Positions 17,779 through 27,895 of a DNA stretch of 64,000 nt are shown here, in pieces. Source of the DNA: Candidatus Limnocylindrus sp. (lineage in GTDB: Bacteria; Chloroflexota; Limnocylindria; Limnocylindrales; Limnocylindraceae). The stretch covers positions 160,001-224,000 of the forward strand of contig JBBAWM010000002.1 of the NCBI GenBank assembly GCA_040397175.1. The letters are read 5' to 3'. Below the pieces are notes generated by a model, which searched no databases, was not told the DNA's origin, and saw nothing but the letters and a program-made list of their open reading frames with translations. The translations under genes were made by a program, and so were the position numbers. The number at the start of each line of letters is the position of its first letter. Position 1 is the stretch's first letter.

Positions 17779-18893
17779 ACGGGCACTGCCGAACCGATGC
17801 GCCATTGTGCGTGAACTTCGAGGCCGGCGCTCGGATCCTGATAGGCGGCTCGTTGATCGCGCAACAGGGCGTCACCTGCGGCGCCGATCATTGCGGCATT
17901 ATCGGTGCACCACTTCAGCGGCGGCACGACCAGGTGGCGACGTTCGTCGTTCGCAACACTCGCAAGTGCAGTGCGGAGCGGTCCATTGGCCGCGACTCCA
18001 CCGCCAATCACCAGCGAGCAGTCTGGGTTGGCGTGGAGTGCACGCTGGACTCCGACACGTAACGCCGCAACGATGGCCTGCTCCGTCGCGGCAGCGATGG
18101 CGATCGCTGCATCCTCTGGGAGTGGGTGCTCGGCGAACTGCCGTGTGAGCGAGGCGGCACGGCCAGGGTTGCGATCGGTGAACCCGCTCGCAGCGAGCGC
18201 CTGCCGAATTGCTGCGGTTTTGACCCCACTAAACGAGAAATCGTAGGGCCGCTCCGTTTTCGCAATCGGCAGCGGCGTGATCCGGGCACCGCGGGGGAGC
18301 TGCGCGGCTAGTGCTGAGAGCGCCGCCCCACCTGGATATGGGGCACCGAGGAGGCGTGCAATCTTGTCGAATGCCTCACCCGCTGCGTCGTCGATCGTGC
18401 CTCCGAGGCGCTGGATCGCCCCGTCACGCTCGATCCGCACCAGTAACGTGTGACCACCAGAGACCACGAGCCCGATCGCGGGGAGCATCGGCGCTGCAGC
18501 CTCTGCCGTCTCGCGAAGCCAAGCCGCACGCAGGTGACCCTCCAGGTGATTCACGGGGAGGACTGGGAGGCCTCGCCCCCACGCCCATGCACTACCCACG
18601 CCAGCACCCACGAGGAGGGAGCCGACAAGTCCGGGGCCGGTTGTCAGCGCTACTCCCTCTATCTTGCCCGCAATCCCGAGCCCCTCAGCCTCGGTTAACA
18701 CCTCATCGAGGAGTCGAGGCAGCCACTCATGGTGGGCACGCGCAGCAACCTCTGGAATCACGCCACCAAATGATGCATGAATCGCTGTCTGGCTCGCCAC
18801 ACGTTCAGCAATGACGTCGCGACCGCCGCGAATGAGTGCAACCGCGCTCTCATCACAGCTCGATTCGATCGCCAGCAAGAGGCGCTCACTCAT
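17775..18893 (-). CDS. tsaD: tRNA threonylcarbamoyltransferase TsaD
   Basis: IESSCDE, GGVIPE, HLEGH, VSGGHT, DDAAGEAFDK, FSFSG and TDNAAMI motifs. Confidence 0.95.
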   Translation of the reverse strand: MSERLLLAIESSCDESAVALIRGGRDVIAERVASQTAIHASFGGVIPEVAARAHHEWLPRLLDEVLTEAEGLGIAGKIEGVALTTGPGLVGSLLVGAGVGSAWAWGRGLPVLPVNHLEGHLRAAWLRETAEAAAPMLPAIGLVVSGGHTLLVRIERDGAIQRLGGTIDDAAGEAFDKIARLLGAPYPGGAALSALAAQLPRGARITPLPIAKTERPYDFSFSGVKTAAIRQALAASGFTDRNPGRAASLTRQFAEHPLPEDAAIAIAAATEQAIVAALRVGVQRALHANPDCSLVIGGGVAANGPLRTALASVANDERRHLVVPPLKWCTDNAAMIGAAGDALLRDQRAAYQDPSAGLEVHAQWRIGSAVPV

Positions 18894-19404
18894 GGCCAAG
18901 GCGCTCCTCGGCGCGAGCCCGCAACGCAGCTTCAGCGGCCTGCTGCCCTGGGCTCCCAAGTTCGGCGGTCGTCATCACCAGCGCATCCTCGCCGTTATCG
19001 TCGTAGTAGCGAATGCGGCGGCCTACCTCGATGAAGCCGAACGCAAGATACAGCCGCTGGGCGTCGATATTCGATACCCGCACATCGAGTGTTGCCACGC
19101 GAGCGCCACCCCGTCGCGCCTCCTCAAGGAGCTCCAGCAGGAGTGCGGTTGCCACCCCCGTACGTCGATGCTCGGGGAGCACCGCCATCGTCGTGATATG
19201 TGCCTCGTCGACCATCAGCCAGATACCGCCAAAGCCTACGAGTGTGCCCCCCAGTCGAGCGCCGAGGTAGCGTGCCAATCGATTTGTCGTGAGCTCTGTG
19301 GTGTAGGCGCTCGTTGGCCAAGGCGCGCTGAACGAGCGGCCCTCAATCACCGCAACCTCGTCGAGATCCTTGATGGTGAGGGGCGCCACGACGAATGGGC
19401 GCAT
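18886..19404 (-). CDS. rimI: Ribosomal protein N-acetyltransferase RimI
   Basis: DEAHIT, LDVRVSN..AQRLY..FGF and R.RYY.DNGEDA. Located in the tsa cluster. Confidence 0.9.
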   Translation of the reverse strand: MRPFVVAPLTIKDLDEVAVIEGRSFSAPWPTSAYTTELTTNRLARYLGARLGGTLVGFGGIWLMVDEAHITTMAVLPEHRRTGVATALLLELLEEARRGGARVATLDVRVSNIDAQRLYLAFGFIEVGRRIRYYDDNGEDALVMTTAELGSPGQQAAEAALRARAEERLGHE

Positions 19405-19931
19405 CAGCGTGCCTCGCTTCCGCGAGCGGGGGCCGGATAGCGCAGGGTGACATGGGCGACGGCTGGCCCAGCTCCGCGAACTAGGGCGCCCGCAACAGCT
19501 CCCCTGCTCTCCTTCTCCGTGAGGTGCGGGGATGCAACATCGCGCGGCACAACAACTGCGCCCGCCTCCGAGACTTCAAGCGATTCACGGGTTCCGAGCG
19601 GAATGGACACCGATCGTTGCGCGGCCTGCCAGAGTGCTCGATCAGAGGCGCTCTCGCGCAGCGGGATAGCCAACGCAGCGGTCATCCCACCTGCAACCGA
19701 GGCCGCAACACGAATTCCGCTGTAGCTTCCAGGGCCACTCCCGACGACAACGGCGGAGAGCGCGGCACGCTCCCCCGCGCTCGGAAGGAGGTTGGTGATC
19801 CGCTGCAAGAGTGGTTGGTCGTACAAGTAGTCCTCGACAACACAGTTCGGGACTCCACCACGCTCCTCCACCAGCGCAACGATGCTGAAGCCGAGGGATC
19901 CATCAAGCACCAGGATGCGTGGACTACTCAT
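19404..19931 (-). CDS. tsaB: TsaB-like protein (short, 175 aa)
   Basis: GSGPGSYSGIRV motif. Lies between tsaE and rimI. Confidence 0.75.
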   Translation of the reverse strand: MSSPRILVLDGSLGFSIVALVEERGGVPNCVVEDYLYDQPLLQRITNLLPSAGERAALSAVVVGSGPGSYSGIRVAASVAGGMTAALAIPLRESASDRALWQAAQRSVSIPLGTRESLEVSEAGAVVVPRDVASPHLTEKESRGAVAGALVRGAGPAVAHVTLRYPAPARGSEAR

Positions 19932-20430
19932 GTGCCAGCCCCAACGCACTGTGACCAGGGGCGCCCAACCCCGCTCTCAAGGCGGCGACGAGCGCTGGTC
20001 GCGCGCCGCGGATCTCCGCGGATCGTGTGCCCCCATCGTCGGTCGCCTCGAGATGCACGCTCAACACATCGGTGCCCGCTCCTCCAAGTCCCTCAAGGTT
20101 CTCGGGCCACTCAATCAGGGTCACTCCGTGCCGTTGACGCTCATCGATCACGCCAGCGCGCAGGGCATCGCTGCCGACAGGGAGTCGATAGGCGTCAACA
20201 TGCCAGATCGGCAGGTCGCCGCGGTGCTCAGAGATGAGGATGAACGTTGGCGAGGTGAGTTCAGGCTCCGCATGGAGCGCAGCTCCAATGGCACGAGCGA
20301 GCGTTGTCTTGCCACTCCCGAGGTCGCCACTGAGGAGCACCCTGTCGCCCGCTTGGAGCGTTGAGCCGATCACCGCGCCAAGCGAGGTGGTGGCGTCGAG
20401 GTTCCCGAGCGTAATGGTGACGACGTTCAC
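19924..20430 (-). CDS. tsaE: tRNA threonylcarbamoyladenosine ATPase TsaE
   Basis: GDLGSGKT, TSPTF, HVDAYRL and LIEW motifs. Confidence 0.93.
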   Translation of the reverse strand: MNVVTITLGNLDATTSLGAVIGSTLQAGDRVLLSGDLGSGKTTLARAIGAALHAEPELTSPTFILISEHRGDLPIWHVDAYRLPVGSDALRAGVIDERQRHGVTLIEWPENLEGLGGAGTDVLSVHLEATDDGGTRSAEIRGARPALVAALRAGLGAPGHSALGLAHE

Positions 20431-22097
20431 GCGGTCAAGCGCTGTAGATCACCAAGGGGGAGTGCGACAAGTTCGCCGTTGATCTCGAGCGCGCCCTGCG
20501 GATCGGATGGTTGTGCATCGGCGAGACCGCGCCATGTTCCGTAGGCGCCCGCACGGGGGCCGCCGATCACCACCGTATCTACATCCGAGCGCTCCCCGCG
20601 GCCACGTGCCACCAATGTGGTGAGGCCGGCCGGGTGCCGCTCAAGTCGCACCGCGATTCCGTTGAGGCCCTGGAGCACTTTCCCGAGTTCCGTTGCCCAT
20701 GCATCACTCTCACGGCGTCCGCCGAGGACCAAGAGGCCAAATGGCGCGAGGGCAACGCCGGCGGCCACCCTGCGATCGATCGAGGCGCTCAGCGCCTCGC
20801 GCTCGCCATCACTCAGGCTCCCCACCACTAGTCCACGAATCCCGACGGCACGAGCCCGCAACACTGTCTCAGGGGAGACCGAGACCACCGCCAAGATCCC
20901 TGCCTCGTGCGCCGCGGCCCATCTGCGACTATCCGGCTCGGAGGCCGAGAAATAGAGGCTCCCCTCAACCTCGTCGCCAAGGAGCAGCCGACCACCGAGA
21001 CCCCCCGTCGCGCTCGCCGAGCGCGGCAGCAGCATGAGCGACGCCTCGATGGGCAGCACCCGCACCGACAACGCCCCAGCGGGTAGTTGCGTCACATCCA
21101 CCGCTAGCGTGCCACGTGCGACCACGGCACCGACCAGACCCCCACGCAGCGGGGCCACGATCGTCTCGCCCGCACGATCAATCTCAACGTTGACGATCTC
21201 CCCCGCCTCAACAGCGACGGCGATCGCCTGATCTGACAGCAGTGCGTGCTCTTCTGCGCGAACGCGCATCACCACCACGTCATCTGGACGATCCGTGATC
21301 ACGAGCAGATCACCAGCGGGGAGGAGCAGCTGATCAGCACACGCGCGAACCAGATCGACACCGGTCGTTTCGGAGAGCTGCTCCGTACCGAGTGCTGCAA
21401 CCACCCCCGCGGTGTCAAGCAGGACCGTCGAGCGCCCAGGCGGCACGAGCGGCGAGAGTGCAGCGAGCGGCACCGCACCAGACGCAACGTGCGCCGCAAG
21501 CGGTCCGGTAACGATCAGCACCTCACCCATCACTGCCGCACGCTGCTCGCCCACGCGTTCGGCGAGCGACTGCAGTGCGTCCACGTATGCGGCGACGCGA
21601 ACCTGGTCGCCAACGATGGAGCGCCCCGACATTGGACGATCCGCAATGTCGCCAAGGAGATCGGCAACTGCGGCCCGGTCGTACCTTCCAAGTGATCGCA
21701 AGACAGAGTCACAGCGGCGACGACGCTCCGTGGGATCTACTGGGACGAGTGCCGCTTCGTCAATCTGCGCAAGCTCGCCGACGGCTCCAGGGGCCGCCCA
21801 AACCACCCTCCCCGCATCGTGGGCAATATCGATAATCCGAACCGGGACACCGAACGCCTCGGCGCAGCGACCCGTCGCACGGCCCAGGGAACTCGGATCT
21901 CCGCGGAGTACGGTGGAGATCTCGCCACGCTCTTGCACGCCAGCGGCACTCTGCAACGTTGCCTCCACCGCAGTGCGATAAGCTCCCGTAGGCAGCGTGA
22001 TACTGCTCAGTAGCTGTGTCGGCTCCGCATCAGACATCAGCGCATAAAAACTGCGATCAGCGTCCTCACGGATCAGTAGGTACGACGACCGCGTCAT
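20427..22097 (-). CDS. Hypothetical 556-aa protein (possibly a degenerate GlmL-like + KOW-like fusion)
   Basis: Long ORF with 4-bp overlaps to both alr and tsaE. The domain guess is from motif recollection only. Confidence 0.7.
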   Translation of the reverse strand: MTRSSYLLIREDADRSFYALMSDAEPTQLLSSITLPTGAYRTAVEATLQSAAGVQERGEISTVLRGDPSSLGRATGRCAEAFGVPVRIIDIAHDAGRVVWAAPGAVGELAQIDEAALVPVDPTERRRRCDSVLRSLGRYDRAAVADLLGDIADRPMSGRSIVGDQVRVAAYVDALQSLAERVGEQRAAVMGEVLIVTGPLAAHVASGAVPLAALSPLVPPGRSTVLLDTAGVVAALGTEQLSETTGVDLVRACADQLLLPAGDLLVITDRPDDVVVMRVRAEEHALLSDQAIAVAVEAGEIVNVEIDRAGETIVAPLRGGLVGAVVARGTLAVDVTQLPAGALSVRVLPIEASLMLLPRSASATGGLGGRLLLGDEVEGSLYFSASEPDSRRWAAAHEAGILAVVSVSPETVLRARAVGIRGLVVGSLSDGEREALSASIDRRVAAGVALAPFGLLVLGGRRESDAWATELGKVLQGLNGIAVRLERHPAGLTTLVARGRGERSDVDTVVIGGPRAGAYGTWRGLADAQPSDPQGALEINGELVALPLGDLQRLTA

Positions 22098-23305
22098 TGC
22101 TGATTCACGTAGTGATATCCCCGCAAGTCGCGCAGCGCCACGGGTTCGCCGGTCACCGTGTACACCCGTGCAAGCCGATTTGTGTAGCTCGTTGAAACCT
22201 CATTCGTAATCGTCTTCCGGCGCTTGGCCACGTCCACTGGTTCAATCAGGTCAGACCCAGATGCGCCAATGAAGACCACCTCATCCGCTTCGCTCAGATC
22301 TCTCTCGGGATGGTCGGTGGCATCGATCGTTATAGAGTCCATCGCGATGGTGCCCACAACTGGGAGGCGTACGCCTCGTATCAGCACCTCGGCGACTCCC
22401 CGCTCGTGATACGAGATGCCATCGGCGTAACCAATCGGCAGGGTGATGATTCTTGACTCGCGCGCTGCGATGAATGCTGGCCCGTAGCCCACGCCATGCC
22501 CAGCGGGGAGCGTCGCGATCCGCACGGGGCGCGCAGCGAGTCCATAGACGCGCTCAATACCAATCGCCGCAGCCGTCATCGTTGGACGAAGGGCATTCGG
22601 TACAACGCCAAACAGTGCAATTCCTACACGTGCGACCTGCTGCGTATCACCGATGGTGAGTAATCCACCAGAGCCGACAATGTGGGATTCAAGCTCGGGA
22701 GCCTTGGTTGCAGCCTGCTCAAGCACCTCCTCTTGCAGACGGGATCGATCAACGTCCTCGGCAGCGCTGAGATGGCTCCAGATGCTGCGAAGCACAATAT
22801 TCGGATTGCTCCGCAGCGCAGCGATCTGGATGGCGAGTTCTGCTGGCAAAATCCCATCGCGACCGAGTCCGGTATCCACCTCGATATCGACACTGAGCGG
22901 CGCAAGACCAGCCAGATCGGCGGAGATCAGTTCACGAACCACTGCGGGCGACGATGCGGTGACGCCGATCCCCGTGGCGGCGGCATCGCGCAGGTGCGCT
23001 GGAGCAACGCGCCAGAGGACCCGCACGGGGTCGGCGATGCCGGCGTCGCGTAACTCTTGCGCTTCATCGAAGGTTGCGACCAGCACAGCACGTGCGCCAG
23101 CCTCGAGTGCAGCACGCGCCACAGGCACGGCGCCGAGGCCGTAGGCGTCCGCCTTCAGCACGACATCGAGGTGGCCGCCAGCGGGGAGCCTCCCCTTGAG
23201 CGCGCGAACATTTGTCGCGATCGCATCGAGCCGCACCTCTACCCAGGCATCACGCCCAAGTGCCGGTAGCCCAACCTCCTGGATGCGTTCGGGTAACCCG
23301 CTCAT
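22094..23305 (-). CDS. alr: Alanine racemase
   Basis: VLKADAYG (PLP lysine), VDTGLGRDG, GVGYG, PIGYADG and VGTIAMD motifs. Confidence 0.92.
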   Translation of the reverse strand: MSGLPERIQEVGLPALGRDAWVEVRLDAIATNVRALKGRLPAGGHLDVVLKADAYGLGAVPVARAALEAGARAVLVATFDEAQELRDAGIADPVRVLWRVAPAHLRDAAATGIGVTASSPAVVRELISADLAGLAPLSVDIEVDTGLGRDGILPAELAIQIAALRSNPNIVLRSIWSHLSAAEDVDRSRLQEEVLEQAATKAPELESHIVGSGGLLTIGDTQQVARVGIALFGVVPNALRPTMTAAAIGIERVYGLAARPVRIATLPAGHGVGYGPAFIAARESRIITLPIGYADGISYHERGVAEVLIRGVRLPVVGTIAMDSITIDATDHPERDLSEADEVVFIGASGSDLIEPVDVAKRRKTITNEVSTSYTNRLARVYTVTGEPVALRDLRGYHYVNQQ

Positions 23306-23844
23306 CCGTGCGCCTTCCCAGCCGGCTCCGAGGAGAGGGCCAGCTCTTCGCGTCGAAGCGCCCTAATGCGCTCAATCCGGGCCAGGAGCGCGGTCTCCGC
23401 AGCGTCCAAGTCTTCGCCAATCTGCGGCGGAAACAAATAACGGCCACCCGCCGTGCGGACCGCGTACGCGATTGCAATTGCGTACTCGCGCTCGTGGCTG
23501 ATCGAGAGCGCGATGTGCTGGATGCCGAGCTGTGTGGCGCGTGCTGCGGCTCGCTCATGAAGGCGGACCGAAGGCTGTCCCGTTGGGAGGCGTTCCACCT
23601 CAATCTCCTGCCAACCGATGCCTCGCACACCGAGTCCCAACACCTTTGAAACCGCTTCCTTCGCCGCCCAGCGTCCAGCCATCGTCTCCGGGCGGCCGCG
23701 TACGTAGGAGCGCTCAGCGTCGGTCAGCACCCGCCGCTCAAACCGTTCTGGATGGCGTCGTAAGACGCTCGCAATGCGATCCACGCGAATGATGTCGATA
23801 CCGATCTCCGGCGTGCTCGTGGGGAGCTCTCCGCCGTCCATCAC
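23302..23844 (-). CDS. acpS: Holo-ACP synthase with C-terminal extension
   Basis: IGIDI, AGRWAAKEAVSK and LSISHE motifs. Confidence 0.92.
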   Translation of the reverse strand: MMDGGELPTSTPEIGIDIIRVDRIASVLRRHPERFERRVLTDAERSYVRGRPETMAGRWAAKEAVSKVLGLGVRGIGWQEIEVERLPTGQPSVRLHERAAARATQLGIQHIALSISHEREYAIAIAYAVRTAGGRYLFPPQIGEDLDAAETALLARIERIRALRREELALSSEPAGKAHG

Positions 23845-25664
23845 TCGACGGTGACAGACTTCGCCAAGTTCTTCGGCTGATCAATGTCAGCACCCGCAAG
23901 CAGCGCCATCTCATAGGAGAAGCGCTGCAGCGGAATCGTTGCAATGAGTGCAGCGATCTCGGGGCGCGCGGCGGGGATCGCCACTGCATCGGTTGCAAAG
24001 CTCGACCAATCATCCACACCAGAGAGGATCGCAATCACTGGCGCCGATCGAGCGCGTGACTCCATGAGGTTGCTCACCAGCTTCGGAAGCACTGGTGAGT
24101 TCAGCACCACTGCCACCACAGGGTGGTCAGCGCCAAGGAGACTGATCGGGCCATGCTTCATCTCACCCGCGGCAATCCCCTCGGCGTGGATATAGGCAAG
24201 CTCTTTCAGCTTTAGGGCCCCCTCAAACGCGGTAGCTATACCTGCTCCACGGCTGACAAACATGAAGCCGCTTGCGCTGAAATACTTCTTTGCAATTGCT
24301 GGAAGTGCGTCTGACGAATCAAGTGCAGCCGAGGCCATCGCAGGGATCGTGAGCAGATCGGTCGACCAAGATTTCAGCTCCTCTGCGGTCAACGCTCCCG
24401 CACGCCGCGCCATGTCCAGCGTGACGAGCAGCGTCACAAGCGCTTGCGAAGTGTAGCTCTTGGTCGCAGCAACCGAGATCTCCGTGCCGGCTTGGAGCAA
24501 GACAACCGCATCAGCTTCTCGTGTCAGCGACGATCCCGCGGCATTCACGATCGCGAGCACCGTCGCACCAGCTGCCTTCGAAATTCGGACGGCACCAAGC
24601 GTGTCAGCCGTTTCCCCTGATTGGGAGACAGCAATGACCAGGCTGGAGCCGCCGAGCGCGGGCGGATCGTATCGGAACTCACTCGCAACGGTCACACGCA
24701 CTGGTACGCGCAAGAGACGCTCAGCGAGCGTGGCCGCGGTGAGTGACGCGTAGTATGCCGAGCCGCACGCGACGATCTCAATGGACCGCGCTGCACTTAG
24801 TGCCGGGGCGATTGCATCGAGCTCACTGATCTCAACCCCACCAGCCGATACACGTCCAAGCATCGCGGCAGAGAGCGCGCGAGGCTGCTCATCCATCTCC
24901 TTGCGCATAAAGTGGTCGTACCCTTCTTTCCGTGCTGCGGCACCGTCCCAGGTAATTGTTTCAACCTTTGGAGTGAACTTCGCACCGGCGGCGTCATAGA
25001 GGGTGATTCCCCCACGCTGCAAATCGGCGAGGTCGCCGTCGCGCAAGAAGACAATCTTGTTGGTGTGCTCAAGGATCGCAACCGGGTCAGAGGCAAGGAA
25101 CTGCTCCCCTTCGCCGAGACCCACCACAAGCGGCGCCTCGCGGCGGGCCGCAATGATTCGACCGGGCTCGCCGCGGTGCATCACCACGAGGGCCCACTGC
25201 CCGTGCAGGCGAGGGAGAACCGCCGCTACTGCAAGGCGAATGTCGCCCTGATAGGCGTCCTCAATGAGGTGGGCGATCACTTCGGTGTCGACGTCGCTGG
25301 AGAGGGTGTGCCCCTTGCCCGTCAACTCGCGCTGTAGCTCGGCGTAGTTCTCAATGATTCCGTTGTGGATGATGGCGATCTCGCCGTGCTCATCCATGTG
25401 GGGGTGAGCGTTCAGGTCGGTTGGCGCACCATGGGTGGCCCACCGCGTGTGGGCGATTCCAGCGATCGAACCGGCTGGTAGTTCGCCCACGACGCCTTCG
25501 AGGTTGGCAAGGCGGCCCGCACGCTTGCGCATGGTGATCTCGCCCCCTGTAGCCGCAACGGCGATCCCTGCGGAGTCGTAGCCACGGTACTCAAGGAGGC
25601 GCAGCCCCTCGATCAACGTCGTCGAGACGTCGCGTGAGCCGATATAGCCGACGATCCCGCACAT
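23841..25664 (-). CDS. glmS: Glutamine-fructose-6-phosphate transaminase
   Basis: MCGIVG, EYRGYDSAG, HTRWATHG, SQSGETAD and NLAKSVTVE motifs. Confidence 0.97.
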   Translation of the reverse strand: MCGIVGYIGSRDVSTTLIEGLRLLEYRGYDSAGIAVAATGGEITMRKRAGRLANLEGVVGELPAGSIAGIAHTRWATHGAPTDLNAHPHMDEHGEIAIIHNGIIENYAELQRELTGKGHTLSSDVDTEVIAHLIEDAYQGDIRLAVAAVLPRLHGQWALVVMHRGEPGRIIAARREAPLVVGLGEGEQFLASDPVAILEHTNKIVFLRDGDLADLQRGGITLYDAAGAKFTPKVETITWDGAAARKEGYDHFMRKEMDEQPRALSAAMLGRVSAGGVEISELDAIAPALSAARSIEIVACGSAYYASLTAATLAERLLRVPVRVTVASEFRYDPPALGGSSLVIAVSQSGETADTLGAVRISKAAGATVLAIVNAAGSSLTREADAVVLLQAGTEISVAATKSYTSQALVTLLVTLDMARRAGALTAEELKSWSTDLLTIPAMASAALDSSDALPAIAKKYFSASGFMFVSRGAGIATAFEGALKLKELAYIHAEGIAAGEMKHGPISLLGADHPVVAVVLNSPVLPKLVSNLMESRARSAPVIAILSGVDDWSSFATDAVAIPAARPEIAALIATIPLQRFSYEMALLAGADIDQPKNLAKSVTVE

Positions 25665-25673
25665 GGCGGTAGT

Positions 25674-27020
25674 CTACCGCCCGCGTACGAGGCTCGCGGC
25701 GACCTCCAATAGACGCTCGACGGCGGCGGTGACCGCTGCGTGGTCGGGACCCTCGCCCATCACACGGAGCACGGGCTCGGTCCCCGAGAGGCGCACAAGG
25801 ACGCGTCCGCCTGTCTGTGCGAGTGCCGCCCCAGCCTGCCGAATGGCGTTCTGGAGATCCGGCTCTGCGAGCAGTCGCTCCCCCTCCCCTGGGGGAACCG
25901 GCACCGTTCGCTGGAGTTGCGGATCGAGCGGAATGGCGTCTGCAAGTTCCCCAATGGGGATCCCCGCCCGGGCAACCAACCCGAGCACGGTAATCGCACT
26001 GAGGAGTCCGTCACCAGTCGGCGAGAGCTCCGTGAAGAGGAGATGGCCGCTCTTCTCGCCACCGAAGCCACCCTGGCCAGTGGCGAGTCGTTCGGCAATG
26101 TGACGGTCACCGACGGGGGTCCGCTCAAGCGTGATCCCGTGCGCCGCAAGGTGGCGCTCCACGCCGCTGTTGGTCAGCACCGTTGCAACGGTGCGCTCCG
26201 ACCCGACAACTCCACGCCCCTTCCGATCCAAGGCAATGAGAGCGATCAAGACGTCACCATCAATGGCTCTTCCGCTCGCGTCGACCACGACACAGCGGTC
26301 AGCATCACCATCGAGCGCAATGCCGAGGTCAGCGCCGTGCGCGCGCACCTGCACGCCGAGCGCTTCAGGGTCGGTGGCACCAACGCCGTCATTGATAATG
26401 CCACCCCCCATGGCGAACGGCACGACCGTCGCGCCCGTGGCAGCGAGCGCTGCCACGGCGAATGGGGAGGCGGCGCCATGCGCGGCATCGACCACCACGC
26501 TCAAGGCGCTGGCACCCACGGTGCGCGCAAGCTCCACCAGCGTTCGCGCATATCGATCTCGATACGCCTGCGCCTCAGACTCGTGGGTATCCGATGGCGC
26601 AACCACCCGTAGGCCTGCTTGCAGAGCGCCTTCCATGGACGCCTCAAGCGCTCGCTCCTGCGCATCAGGAGCCTTTCGCCCATCGCGTGCGAGCACCTTC
26701 AGGCCGTTGTATTCAACAGGGTTATGCGATGCGGTGATCACCACACCACAGGCGGCGCGCGGCTCGCCGGCAACGAGCGAGGCCAACCCCGGCGTTGGAA
26801 TCACACCAACGTCAATGACTGTGCCACCGTGGGCCTCAATGGCACCGGCCAGCGCGCTGGTAAGTGCGGGGCCGCTCGGTCGCGTATCGCGACCAAGGAG
26901 CACCAGCCCTGCCGGATGCTGCTGCATGAGGGCGACGCCGAGTGCGGCAGCTATTTCAACGGTGAGTGTCTCGCCAGCGATCCCGCGGATCCCATCGGTG
27001 CCGAAGCGAACCGTGGTCAC
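25674..27020 (-). CDS. glmM: Phosphoglucosamine mutase
   Basis: FGTDGIRG, ITASHNP, DGDADR, GGEKSGH and SGTEP motifs. Confidence 0.93.
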   Translation of the reverse strand: MTTVRFGTDGIRGIAGETLTVEIAAALGVALMQQHPAGLVLLGRDTRPSGPALTSALAGAIEAHGGTVIDVGVIPTPGLASLVAGEPRAACGVVITASHNPVEYNGLKVLARDGRKAPDAQERALEASMEGALQAGLRVVAPSDTHESEAQAYRDRYARTLVELARTVGASALSVVVDAAHGAASPFAVAALAATGATVVPFAMGGGIINDGVGATDPEALGVQVRAHGADLGIALDGDADRCVVVDASGRAIDGDVLIALIALDRKGRGVVGSERTVATVLTNSGVERHLAAHGITLERTPVGDRHIAERLATGQGGFGGEKSGHLLFTELSPTGDGLLSAITVLGLVARAGIPIGELADAIPLDPQLQRTVPVPPGEGERLLAEPDLQNAIRQAGAALAQTGGRVLVRLSGTEPVLRVMGEGPDHAAVTAAVERLLEVAASLVRGR

Positions 27021-27038
27021 GGTGTTCCTTGCGCTAGA

Positions 27039-27454
<416 letters not shown>

Positions 27455-27458
<4 letters not shown>

Positions 27459-27886
27459 GCGAGGGGCTCCGGCTTCTGTGGAGCGTGCGGATGATCCGCA
27501 TCGGCATAGACCTTCAACTTACGAATCTGTGCATTGCCGAGCTTCGTCTTTGGGAGCATGCCCTTAACGGCTCGACGAATCGCCTCGTTCGGCTTGCGCT
27601 TCAGCAGGTCGCCGAGGACTTCCATGCGATAGCCGCCTGGCTGGCCGGAGTGGGAGTGGTACTTCTTTGACAGGAGTCGGTCGCCCGTGACAACCAACTT
27701 TGCGGAGTTGATCACGATCACGAAGTCGCCCGAATCGAGGTGGTCAGCGAAAGTTGGCTTCCCCTTCCCCATCAGCGTTGAGGCCACCTTTGTCGCGAGT
27801 CGGCCAAGGGTCTGACCCTCGGCATCGATCACGAACCAGCGGCGCTCGATTTCAGCGGCGCGGGGTGTCCAGGTCTTCGTGTTCAT
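27455..27886 (-). CDS. rplM: 50S ribosomal protein L13
   Basis: [19 protein letters not shown] and AVKGMLPK motifs. Confidence 0.97.
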
Positions 27887-27895
27887 CTGATCCTC

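Noticed and set aside
25665-25673. glmS ribozyme
   Set aside because: Only 9 nt separate glmM and glmS.
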